A stretch of 64,000 bases of DNA from an uncultured delta proteobacterium (GTDB lineage Bacteria; Myxococcota_A; Polyangia; Palsa-1104): the NCBI GenBank assembly GCA_963785725.1, contig CAWAWS010000024.1, positions 96,001-160,000 on the forward strand, given 5' to 3'. Under the pieces are notes generated by a model, which was not told the DNA's origin, ran no database searches, and was given only the letters and a program-made list of their open reading frames with translations. Below, one piece after another: positions 28,092 to 36,727 of the stretch. Numbering within the stretch: position 1 is the first letter of the stretch; every line of letters begins with the position of its first letter. Position numbers and translations under genes: made by a program.

Positions 28092-29005
28092 GCGCGCCGG
28101 AAAAAGCAGCCGCGGCGAAGGCGATCGACAAAACGGCGGCGAAAGAGGGCGTCATCCTCGATCGCGGCTATCAGCCGTATCGCGGGCGCTATTTGCCGCA
28201 GTCGGGGCATTGGGCGGTGATCGCGCGGCAGATGCTGAAGACGACGGCGCGGCAGCCGTGGGTCATCGTCATGCTGGTGCTGGCGGCGCTGCCGACGGTG
28301 GTGTGCGGCGTCGTGCTCTATATCGCGACGAAAATGGCGGGCGTCGAGGGCGCCAAGGACGTCATGCAGCCCGATCGCATCGTCATGATGCCGTGGGGAA
28401 CGACGACGCTGGCGTTCTTCCTGGCGCTGTTCGCGGGCAGCGGGCAAGTGGCCGATGACGCGCGCGCCGGCGCCTTTCAGTTCTATTTTTCGCGGCCGGT
28501 GTCGCGCGATCAGTATCTCCTCGGCAAGCTGGTGCCGGTCATCGGCTTGACGGCGGTGGCGTCGCTCATGCCGTCGCTGTTGTTGGCGCTGCTGCGGCTG
28601 GCGCTGTTGCCGACGGGCGCCGAGGTCGTGCACCACCTGCCGATCGTCGGCGCGACGCTGCTCGTCGGGCTCATCGAGGCGCTGGCGCTGGCGGTGCCGG
28701 CGGTGGCGGCGTCGTCGCTGTCGAAGCGGCGCGGCTACGTGCAAGGCCTGTTCGCGACGCTGTATCTGCTGCCGTGGCTGGTCGGACGCATCTTCGTCGG
28801 CGTGACGCGCTCGGCGTGGCCGACGCTGCCGAGCGTGCCGGCGCACCTCGAGAACATCGCCCACGCGCTCTATCGGATTCCCTGGGCCAGCGACGAGCCG
28901 GCGCTGCCGGTGTGGGTCTCGCTGGCGTTCTTGGGCGCGCTCATCGGCGGCTCGTTCTGGCTTTTGCGCCGGCGGTTGGCGTCGGTGGAAGTGGTGGCCT
29001 CGTGA
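28088..29005 (+). CDS. ABC-2 type permease
   Basis: Multiple TM helices; YFSRPVSRDQYLLGK. Confidence 0.85.
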
Positions 29006-29097
29006 GTGAGCGTGAGCGAGCGAACGTGAGCGTCCGGCCCGTCGGGCCAGCGGATCGACCGGTTCGTTCACGGCGCACCGGCGAGGTGCAGCCGTGA
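29002..29097 (+). repeat. GTGA-junction element family A, copy 1 (31-aa mini-ORF)
   Basis: GTG overlaps the permease TGA; reads (M)SERERANVSVRPVGPADRPVRSRRTGEVQP. Its TGA overlaps the GTG start at 29094. Confidence 0.85.
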
Positions 29098-30026
29098 GCG
29101 AGCGGATCGCGATCGAGTGCGAGCACGCCGCGAAGTGGTACGGCCAGATCATCGCCGTCAACGACGTCAGCTTGCGCGTCGGACCGGGCGTCACCGGCTT
29201 ATTGGGACCGAACGGCGCCGGCAAATCGACGCTGCTCAAGATGATGGTCGGGCAGCTGCGGCCGTCCAAAGGCAGCGTCAAAGTGCTGGGCCAGCCGATC
29301 TGGGGCAATCCGGCGCTGCTACGCCAGATCGGCTACTGCCCCGAGCATGAAGGCACCTACGAAGACTTGACGGCGCTCGAGATGGTGACGGCGCTGACCG
29401 AGCTGCACGGCTTTACGCACGCCGACGCCAAAGCGCGCGCCGAGAAGCTCTTGCGTACGGTCGATCTCGGCGACGCCATGCACCGGCGGCTCGGCGAGTT
29501 CTCCAAAGGCATGCGGCAGCGCGCCAAGCTGGCGCAGGCGTTGGCGCACGATCCCGAGGTCATCTTCCTCGACGAGCCGCTGACGGGCTGCGATCCGCTG
29601 GCGCGCGTGCGGATCCTGGCGGTCATCTCGGAGCTGGCGGCGCAAGGTCGCTGCGTCATCGTGTCCTCGCACGTGCTGCACGAGATCGAGACGATGACGT
29701 CGCAGATCTTGCTCATCCACAAAGGGCAGCTGCGCGCCGAAGGTGACGTGCATCAGATTCGCGCGCTCATCGACGCCCATCCGCATCAGGTGCGCGTCGA
29801 GTGCGATCGGCCGCGCGCGCTCGGTCGCGTGCTCATCGAGGCGCCGCACGTCGTCTCCGTCAGCGTCGAGGGCGACGCGCTGGTCGTCGACACGCGCAAG
29901 CCGGACGAGCTCTATCCGGCGATTCCAGCGGCGGCGAAGGAGGCCGGCGTTTATATCCGCGCGCTCACGTCGCCCGACGACAACATGGCCGCGGTGTTCA
30001 AGTACCTGACGGAGACGGCGTCGTGA
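29094..30026 (+). CDS. ABC transporter ATP-binding protein
   Basis: GPNGAGKST, FSKGM and IFLDEP. Confidence 0.92.
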   Translation: MSERIAIECEHAAKWYGQIIAVNDVSLRVGPGVTGLLGPNGAGKSTLLKMMVGQLRPSKGSVKVLGQPIWGNPALLRQIGYCPEHEGTYEDLTALEMVTALTELHGFTHADAKARAEKLLRTVDLGDAMHRRLGEFSKGMRQRAKLAQALAHDPEVIFLDEPLTGCDPLARVRILAVISELAAQGRCVIVSSHVLHEIETMTSQILLIHKGQLRAEGDVHQIRALIDAHPHQVRVECDRPRALGRVLIEAPHVVSVSVEGDALVVDTRKPDELYPAIPAAAKEAGVYIRALTSPDDNMAAVFKYLTETAS

Positions 30027-30781
30027 TCACGATGGCAACGGGGACGCGCATCCACGCGCGGCTGAGCTGGACGCGTCTCAAGCGCGGGCGCATCGCGTGG
30101 GCGGCGGCGGCCATGTTCGCGCTGCCGCTGGCCTACGTCGTCGGGCTCGTCATCGCCGGCCATTGGGGTCGCGGCGTCTTCGACGAGGTAAACGAGCTCT
30201 ACTTCCGCTTCTTGGTGCCGTTCGTGCCGACGCTGCTGTTGTCGGCGGCGGTGGCCGAGGAGGTCGAGAACAAGACGTTCACGTTCGTCTTCGCGCGTCC
30301 GGCGCCGCGCGGCGCGCTGGTGCTCGGCAAGTGGCTGGCGGCGACGCTGCCGGCGATGGCCGTCGTCGCGCCGTCGCTGCTCGTCAGCTGGGCGGTCTCG
30401 AACGCGCGCTTTCCCGACGACTTCGCCAACGAGTGGCCGCATCTGTTGCGCGTCGAAGCGGCGGCGCTCATCGGGCTCGGCTTCTATGGCGCGCTGGCGG
30501 TGACCATTGGCTCGATCTTCTCGCGCCATCCGCTCATCGCCGTGCTCGGCTACTTGCTGGTCATCGAGGAGGCGCTGGGCTCGGCGCCGATCGTGCTCGA
30601 CCTCATGGCGGGCAGCTGGCACTTGCGCAACCTGGCGCAGCTGCCGTTGCCGGCGACGCAGTTCATGATGGTCGGCGTGCCCGCGTGGCTGTCGGCGCTC
30701 CTGCTGCTCGCGCTGACGCCGATCCTGCTCGTCCTGTGCATCTGGGGCGTGACGGGCGCCGAATATCGTACCGATCGGTGA
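30023..30781 (+). CDS. ABC-2 type permease
   Basis: EEVENKTFTFVFARPAPR...LGKW and TM helices; GTGA overlap with the upstream gene. Confidence 0.85.
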   Translation: MITMATGTRIHARLSWTRLKRGRIAWAAAAMFALPLAYVVGLVIAGHWGRGVFDEVNELYFRFLVPFVPTLLLSAAVAEEVENKTFTFVFARPAPRGALVLGKWLAATLPAMAVVAPSLLVSWAVSNARFPDDFANEWPHLLRVEAAALIGLGFYGALAVTIGSIFSRHPLIAVLGYLLVIEEALGSAPIVLDLMAGSWHLRNLAQLPLPATQFMMVGVPAWLSALLLLALTPILLVLCIWGVTGAEYRTDR

Positions 30782-30899
30782 CGCCGCTGACTCCGCCTTC
30801 AGCCGCCGTACCTCCATCAATGTAGAAATCGATTTCCAGCGTCATCACGCGACGACGCGGATCACGTGGCGCTTCGGCGACTCATGGCACCATGCGCCG

Positions 30900-31388
30900 A
30901 TGATCAGACCCGCAATCGTCCTCGCCCTTTTATCGTTCGCTTCGATCGCGCAGGCGCAGCAAGCGCAGGCGGCCCTGCAGGCGCAACAGGCGCAACAGAC
31001 GCAGCAAGCGGCGGCCATGCAGCAGGCCGAGCACGCGCATCGCCTCGCCGAGCAAGAGCAGCTGCCGCTGCGCCTGGCGATCGACCCGACGCGCCTCGTC
31101 ACCGTCGGGCTGTGGCCGGGGCCGGATGTGCCGTGCAAGCTGCCCAAGCGCGACAAGCCGTACGTCTGCCATCGCCTACTCGTCGGCCCGGCGGTGATCT
31201 ACTCGCAGCTCTACAGTGAGCTGATCGTCGCGCGCGGCGACGCGGCGTTGGCCAGAGGCGAGCGCTCGTGGTGGGTGCGCGGCGCGCCGCCGGTCCCGCT
31301 CGGTCTCGCCGCCGGCGAAGTGCTCTACCAAGTCGGCGACGACGGCCGTCCCGGCGAAGGCGACCTGATCGCCACCGTTTACCGCTAG
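30900..31388 (+). CDS. Secreted hypothetical protein with a Gln/Ala-rich N-terminus
   Basis: Signal peptide (AQA|Q) and AQQ repeats. Confidence 0.6.
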   Translation: MIRPAIVLALLSFASIAQAQQAQAALQAQQAQQTQQAAAMQQAEHAHRLAEQEQLPLRLAIDPTRLVTVGLWPGPDVPCKLPKRDKPYVCHRLLVGPAVIYSQLYSELIVARGDAALARGERSWWVRGAPPVPLGLAAGEVLYQVGDDGRPGEGDLIATVYR

Positions 31389-31395
31389 ATCGTCG

Positions 31396-31836
31396 CTACT
31401 TCACGAAGGCGTGCCAGAAGCGCGTCATCCACGACACCCAAATGATCGGCTCCGGCGCGTCGAACGGGATGCGCTCGTGAAACGCCGCCAACGGCGCCAG
31501 CTGCGCGCGGCTGGCGAAGAGGCCGAGGCACGTCGGGCAGCGCTCGACGACGGGCCCGCTGTCGAGATAGGGCCGCAAGACCAGCTCCGAGCCGTCGCGC
31601 GGGCAGCTGCCGCCGGCGCGCCCTTCGGGGCCGTTGCCCGGCGCGGGCTCGACGCGGCGAGCCACCCGCGTCGGCTCCTCGCCGAACCAGTCGAGCCAAA
31701 CGCCACGACAGGCGCCGCAGGCGAACACGACGCTCTCGCCGCCGGATGGGCCGTCGTCCTCGTCGCGGGCGCGCCACTCGGCCAACGGGCCGGTGCAGGC
31801 GGGGCAGGACAAGAACGCGCCGCGCGAGTCACTCAC
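31396..31836 (-). CDS. Zinc-ribbon (zf-TFIIB-like) domain protein
   Basis: CPAC, CGACRGVWLD, CPRD and CPTCLGLF. Confidence 0.7.
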   Translation of the reverse strand: MSDSRGAFLSCPACTGPLAEWRARDEDDGPSGGESVVFACGACRGVWLDWFGEEPTRVARRVEPAPGNGPEGRAGGSCPRDGSELVLRPYLDSGPVVERCPTCLGLFASRAQLAPLAAFHERIPFDAPEPIIWVSWMTRFWHAFVK

Positions 31837-31956
31837 GCGACCAGTGTACCGCCTCTCGCATCGGCGTGCCCGCGGTGACGACCGTGACGTCGACGGCCGC
31901 CGTCAGAGCGGCTGGTACGGCTCCTGCTTTAGTAGCCGGACAGGAGGACAAAACCG

Positions 31957-32109
31957 ATGCTCTGGACGCTTGCCGTGATCCTCGTCGTGCTGTGGGCCCT
32001 GGGCCTAGTGACCTCTTACACGATGGGCGGGTTCATCCACATCTTGTTGGTGCTGGCGGTCGTGGCGGTTGTCATCAGCCTCATCCGCGGGCGTGAACCG
32101 CTCGTGTAG
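31957..32109 (+). CDS. Small membrane protein, lmo0937/DUF5670 family (50 aa)
   Basis: AGGAGG RBS; MLWTLAVILVVLWALGLVTSYTMGGFIHILLVLAVVAVVISLIRGREPLV. Absent from the ORF track. Confidence 0.85.
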   Translation: MLWTLAVILVVLWALGLVTSYTMGGFIHILLVLAVVAVVISLIRGREPLV

Positions 32110-33516
32110 CTACGCGCTCAACACCGGCAGTCGCGTCGACGCGCGCTTCATCCGCGTCGGCGCGACCGTGCCCGTCACCGTCGCCGCCAAGTCGTAGTCG
32201 GCGTAGCCGGTGACGCGCGCGCGCACGAGATCGCCCGTGCGCGGCGCCTTGACGTCGTCGCCGAGCGCGAGGAACACCGAGCCGTCGATCTCGGGCGCCT
32301 GCCCTTCGTGACGTCCGACCATGAGGTATTCGGACTCTTCGCTCGGCCCTTCGACGAGGACTTCGATCTCCTGGCCGATCTGCGCCTTCATCTTCGTGCG
32401 CGAGATCTTGCGTTGGATGCGCATGATCTCGCGGCGCCGTTTCTCCATGTCCTTGCCGCTGACGAGGCCCAATTCGTCGGCGAGCTTGGCCGCGTGCGTG
32501 CCGTCTTCGTTCGAGTAGGTGAAGACGCCGACGCGGTCGAACTCGGCCTCTTTGACGAAGTCGGCCAAGCGCGCGAACGCCTCGTCGGTCTCGCCGGGAT
32601 GGCCGACGATGAACGTCGTGCGCAAGGTGACGCCGGGGATGCGCTCGCGAATCTTCTTCACGAGCGCACGCGTCGTCTTGCCCACGTGACCGCGCCGCAT
32701 CTTTTTCAGGACGTCGTCGTCGATGTGCTGCAGCGGCATGTCGATGTACTTGGCGACGCGCGGCTCTTCGGCGACCGCATCGAGCAGCGCATCCGTCGTC
32801 GCCGTCGGATAGGCGTAGTGCAAGCGCAGCCAACGCAAGCCGTCGACCTTCGCCAGCCGCCGCACCAGCGACGCCAGCTGCAGCTCGCCGTCGAGATCTT
32901 TGCCGTAGGTCGTCAGATCTTGCGCCACGAGGTTGATCTCGAAGGCGCCGCGCGCAACCAAGTCGCGCACTTCGCGCTCGATCGACGCGGCGTCGCGCGA
33001 GCGCTGACCGCCGCGCAGCTTCGGGATGATGCAGAACGAGCAGGGCCGATCGCAGCCTTCGGCGATCTTGACGTAAGCCGTATACGCCGGCATCGACAAC
33101 AGGCGCGGCGTCACGTCGTCGTAGAGGTACGCCGGATCGAGCGAGACGCCGTCGCGCGCGACCTTGCCTTTGATGGCGCCGACGATCTTGTCGACGTCGC
33201 CCGAGCCGAGAAAGTGGTCGACCTCGGGCATGTCGCGCGCCAGATCGCCGGCATAGCGCTGGGTCAAGCAGCCGGTGACGACGAGGTTCTTGCACGCGCC
33301 CTCGGTTTTGAAGCGCGCCATCTCGAGGATCGTGTCGACCGATTCCTCTTTCGCCTCGCCGATGAAGCCGCAGGTGTTGACGACGATGTGATCGGCCTCT
33401 TCAGGCGTCGTCGTGATGGTGTAGCCGGCGCGATCGGTCAACCCGAGCATGACTTCGGTGTCGACGCGATTTTTCGGGCAGCCGAGAGAGACGAAGTAGA
33501 CCGCTTGCTTCTTCAT
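32110..33516 (-). CDS. rimO: Ribosomal protein S12 methylthiotransferase
   Basis: SLGCPKNRVD, NTCGFI, radical-SAM CDRPCSFC and APEIDG. Confidence 0.95.
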   Translation of the reverse strand: MKKQAVYFVSLGCPKNRVDTEVMLGLTDRAGYTITTTPEEADHIVVNTCGFIGEAKEESVDTILEMARFKTEGACKNLVVTGCLTQRYAGDLARDMPEVDHFLGSGDVDKIVGAIKGKVARDGVSLDPAYLYDDVTPRLLSMPAYTAYVKIAEGCDRPCSFCIIPKLRGGQRSRDAASIEREVRDLVARGAFEINLVAQDLTTYGKDLDGELQLASLVRRLAKVDGLRWLRLHYAYPTATTDALLDAVAEEPRVAKYIDMPLQHIDDDVLKKMRRGHVGKTTRALVKKIRERIPGVTLRTTFIVGHPGETDEAFARLADFVKEAEFDRVGVFTYSNEDGTHAAKLADELGLVSGKDMEKRRREIMRIQRKISRTKMKAQIGQEIEVLVEGPSEESEYLMVGRHEGQAPEIDGSVFLALGDDVKAPRTGDLVRARVTGYADYDLAATVTGTVAPTRMKRASTRLPVLSA

Positions 33517-33535
33517 GAAAACGGCAAAAGCTGAC

Positions 33536-34840
33536 CTAGTGCGGGCCGCCTGTCAAGGACTGCACGGCCTCGACCGACACCGGCGCGACGTCGGGCACCG
33601 GCGTGCGGTCGTGCTCGCCGGCGAAATCGCCGAGGCCGCGGCGACGGCGGCGCGCGCTCAAGGCGACGAGCAAGAAGCCGCCGACGACGCCGGTTCCGGC
33701 GCACAAATAGAGCGCCATCGACAGGCCGTGCGCGTCGATGAGCACGCCGGCGATGGGCGCGAACGCGCCGAACGCCAGGCGGCGCGCCATCGATTCGACG
33801 CTGAGCACGGTCGCGCGCTGGCCCGAGTCGGCGATCTCGCGATTGAGCAGCTCCTTCGTAAACGGCGAATACAGACCGTTGACGAGCGCTTGCACGGCCA
33901 AGAGCGTGACGCACCAAATGGAGTCGAAGCGGCCCAAGATGGCGTAGCTGATGGCCAGCGCCAGCGGCAAGCTCCAGACGATCCACTTCTCGCCGATGAG
34001 GCGGCGGAAGCCGTCGATGCGCTGCGCGCCGGCGGCGCCGACGAACGACATCGCCGCCATCGTGATGCCGATGCCGACCGTCGACAGGCCGGCCACGTGC
34101 AAGTAGGGCTGCTGCCAATAGAGCGACATGCGCAAGAGTGTGAAGATGAGGACGCTGAAGCCGACGGCGAAACGCAGCGGCGCCTGCGTGACGACGGCGC
34201 GGGCGGCGTGCGCCATGCCGTGCAGGAAGTCGCTGTCGTCGTCGCGCGTAAAAGGCGGCTCGCGCATCATCATGGCGACGAGCGCGGCGGCGGCGCAGAC
34301 GCACGCGGTCGCGGCGTAGGTCGCCGCCGGCGCGTGCCGGCCGACGAAGCCGCCGGCGGCGAGCGCCAAGGCGGTGCCGATGAGCTTGGCGGCGGTGGCC
34401 GAGCCTTCGCGGCGGCGATATTCGTGCTCGCGGCCGTTGGCGCGCAAGAGATCGTACAGGTAGGCCGAGTCGGCGCCGGAGGTCAGCGTCATGCCCAGCG
34501 CGAGTAAGCCTTCGCCGAGCGCGAACGTCCAAAAGTCGCGGCCGTTGTAGTCGACGACGCAGCCGATGGCCATGAGCAGCGAGCCGAGCATCATGGCGCG
34601 ACAGCGGCCGAAGCGATCGGCGAGCGCGCCCGTCGGCACCTCGAACACGATGGCGGTCAACGCGTAGACGCTGTTGAGGAGCGCGATGTGCGTGAAATCG
34701 AGCGTGCGGCTGGCGAAGAAGCTCACCATCACCGGCTGAAACAGATACGACGTCGACAACAGCCGATAGACCTGGAACAGCTTCAGGTCGCGCGAGAGCC
34801 GCGCGTCGTCGCGCCGGCGATTGGGCACCGACGGGCTCAC
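33536..34840 (-). CDS. MFS transporter
   Basis: FEVPTGALADRFGR, SGADSAYLYD and about 12 TMs. Probable GTG start at 34840 or 34828; the ORF extends in frame to 35083 through repeat A copy 2. Confidence 0.9.
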   Translation of the reverse strand: MSPSVPNRRRDDARLSRDLKLFQVYRLLSTSYLFQPVMVSFFASRTLDFTHIALLNSVYALTAIVFEVPTGALADRFGRCRAMMLGSLLMAIGCVVDYNGRDFWTFALGEGLLALGMTLTSGADSAYLYDLLRANGREHEYRRREGSATAAKLIGTALALAAGGFVGRHAPAATYAATACVCAAAALVAMMMREPPFTRDDDSDFLHGMAHAARAVVTQAPLRFAVGFSVLIFTLLRMSLYWQQPYLHVAGLSTVGIGITMAAMSFVGAAGAQRIDGFRRLIGEKWIVWSLPLALAISYAILGRFDSIWCVTLLAVQALVNGLYSPFTKELLNREIADSGQRATVLSVESMARRLAFGAFAPIAGVLIDAHGLSMALYLCAGTGVVGGFLLVALSARRRRRGLGDFAGEHDRTPVPDVAPVSVEAVQSLTGGPH

Positions 34841-35083
34841 GGCCGCACTCGTGCCGCGGCCGGAGCATTCTGCTCCGGGACGGCACTCGTCTCGATCGAA
34901 GGGGGCAAGCCCCCCTCGTCGAGCTGAGCTCGACGAGCCTCCCCACGGCCGGACTCCCGGCCGACGGCCGCTTTGCGGCCTCTCGCGTAATCGAAACGCC
35001 TGGGTGGAAGCGCGCGCCGCGGCTGGCCCGCGGATTCGATCCGCCGGCCGGACGCTCACGTTCGCTCGCTCACGCTCGCTCAC
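34837..35083 (-). repeat. GTGA-junction element family A, copy 2 (expanded, contains a hairpin cassette)
   Basis: Starts GTGAGCGAGCGTGAGCGAGCGAACGTGAGCGTCCGGCC and ends GTGCGGCC|GTGAGC at the MFS start. Confidence 0.75.
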
Positions 35084-35172
35084 GGCCGCACCAGATGCGT
35101 CCGCGAGCCCGCCGCTCGTTCCGCTGGCCCTACGGGCCGGACGCTCACGTTCGCTCGCTCACGCTCGCTCAC
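35080..35172 (-). repeat. GTGA-junction element family A, copy 3 (30-aa mini-ORF)
   Basis: GTG overlaps the kinase TGA (35169-35171); reads (M)SERERANVSVRPVGPAERAAGSRTHLVRP. Its TGA overlaps the GTG of copy 2. Confidence 0.85.
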
Positions 35173-36206
35173 TGAAAGACCAACACCTTGTCTTCGCCGA
35201 ACTGCGCGATGAGGCCGTCGACGTAGCGCAACGCGACGTCACGACGCGCGATCACCGATTGCATCTCGGGCTCGGTCAACACGCCGGGCTCGGGCGAGAG
35301 CGCTTGGCGCAGGCCGACCAAATCGAGACGGCGTAGCGCCGCCACCATCTTCTTCGAGAACTTTTGGCAGCGGAACAGATAGGTGCGGCAGCGCAGGTGA
35401 CCTTCGGGCTCGATTTGGAAGCCGAAGGTGTTGTCCATCCAGAAGAGGACGCGGCCGTCTTTGGACGTCATCAAGTTACCGCCCGAGAAGCGATCGCTGT
35501 TGTTGGTCAGCATGTCGAACAGCAATAGCGACGACAGCTGGCTCATCAAGTTGACCTTGTCGGCGGGCAGCTCTTCTCCGACGGTCATCCAGCGCCACCA
35601 AGCGAGCACGTTGTCGAGCGTGTCGAGGTGCGAGTCGACGATGACGGGAATCCAGTAGCTGAGCTCGCCGCGCGTGAAGCCTTCGTCGTCGAAGGTCGTC
35701 TCGGCTTCGATGCGGCGCGCGAGAAACAGCGCGTCGGGCGGCAGCTTGCCGACGAGATCGTCGTGATGGAACGTGCGCATCGTCGCCGGCGGCACGACGT
35801 TGAAGCCGAGCCAGCGATTGAGTCGATAGGCCGCCACTTCTTTGCGCGGCACCGTCTGCGGATTGATCTGCTCGGGCTTGAAGGCGGCGCGCGATCCGTC
35901 GGCGAAGTCGAGGCGAAAGCTGATCGACGAGCCGCCCTTATTGAGCTTGGCCTGCTTGATCTCCGAGATGCGCATGCGATCGATCAGCATCTCGTCGTTC
36001 ATGCCGAGGAACGTGCCGGTGATCTCGGTCGTGACGTCGACGGGCGACGGCTCGAACCGCTCGGAGTCGAGCGGAACCAGCATCGTCGAATGTAACGCCC
36101 CGCCCGGCCTGACCGCGTGGCGCAACCGTTGCGCGCCGGTAAACACACCGGCGCCGGCTCCCCCCACGGCGAGGCACTCGAGCAGCACGAAAGCCCAGAG
36201 CCGCAC
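35169..36206 (-). CDS. Atypical kinase, FAM20/four-jointed/PI3-PI4K-like fold, with a hydrophobic N-terminus
   Basis: AAFKP, EVAAYRLNRWLGFNVVPP, FDMLTNNSDR and MDNTFGF. Confidence 0.65.
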   Translation of the reverse strand: MRLWAFVLLECLAVGGAGAGVFTGAQRLRHAVRPGGALHSTMLVPLDSERFEPSPVDVTTEITGTFLGMNDEMLIDRMRISEIKQAKLNKGGSSISFRLDFADGSRAAFKPEQINPQTVPRKEVAAYRLNRWLGFNVVPPATMRTFHHDDLVGKLPPDALFLARRIEAETTFDDEGFTRGELSYWIPVIVDSHLDTLDNVLAWWRWMTVGEELPADKVNLMSQLSSLLLFDMLTNNSDRFSGGNLMTSKDGRVLFWMDNTFGFQIEPEGHLRCRTYLFRCQKFSKKMVAALRRLDLVGLRQALSPEPGVLTEPEMQSVIARRDVALRYVDGLIAQFGEDKVLVFQ

Positions 36207-36358
36207 AACTCAAGAGGCTATCACCCGCATTTGGCGATCTCAAATTTCACACCCACATTTCTTACATTTCTTTACAGGTCAGACTTTGTTGACGGTTTTC
36301 GCAGACATCTGCGCCGTGGTGCGAGCCGCGGGTCGTCGTTGTGATACGCTCACGGGCC

Positions 36359-36556
36359 ATGGCGCCTCTCGCCGTCTGCTCGATGTGCCGTAAGCCCATC
36401 AACCTCGGATCGAAGTATTGGCGCTGCTCGGTGTCGACCTGCAACTCGGGGCGCATCAAGCTGATGTTCTGCTCGGTGAGCTGCTGGGACGCGCACTTGC
36501 CGACGGCGCGACACCGCAACGCGTCGGCGATCGAGGAAGTGGCGAAGCCGCAGTAG
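36359..36556 (+). CDS. Small Cys/His zinc-finger protein (65 aa)
   Basis: CSMC...CSVSTC...FCSVSCWDAH...RH. Confidence 0.75.
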   Translation: MAPLAVCSMCRKPINLGSKYWRCSVSTCNSGRIKLMFCSVSCWDAHLPTARHRNASAIEEVAKPQ

Positions 36557-36591
36557 GCGGGCCGCCCGCGCCGCCGGAGGGTTGCGGCCGG

Positions 36592-36698
36592 CGACGATCG
36601 ATTCTCGCGGTCGCGCGCGGATCAAGTGGGACGGCGGGTCCCCAAGGGCGGCCCCCAGCCGCCCTCCCTCGTTATCGCCAACCTCGCCGGAAAGTTGC
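36592..36698 (+). repeat. Intergenic structured repeat family B, copy 3 (diverged, with an internal insertion)
   Basis: CGACGATCGATTC...AAGGGCGGCCCCCAGCCGCCCTCCCT...AAGTTGC, as in copy 1. Confidence 0.8.
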
Positions 36699-36727
36699 GT
36701 GCGGAGAATGCAGCCGCGAGCGCTCGC

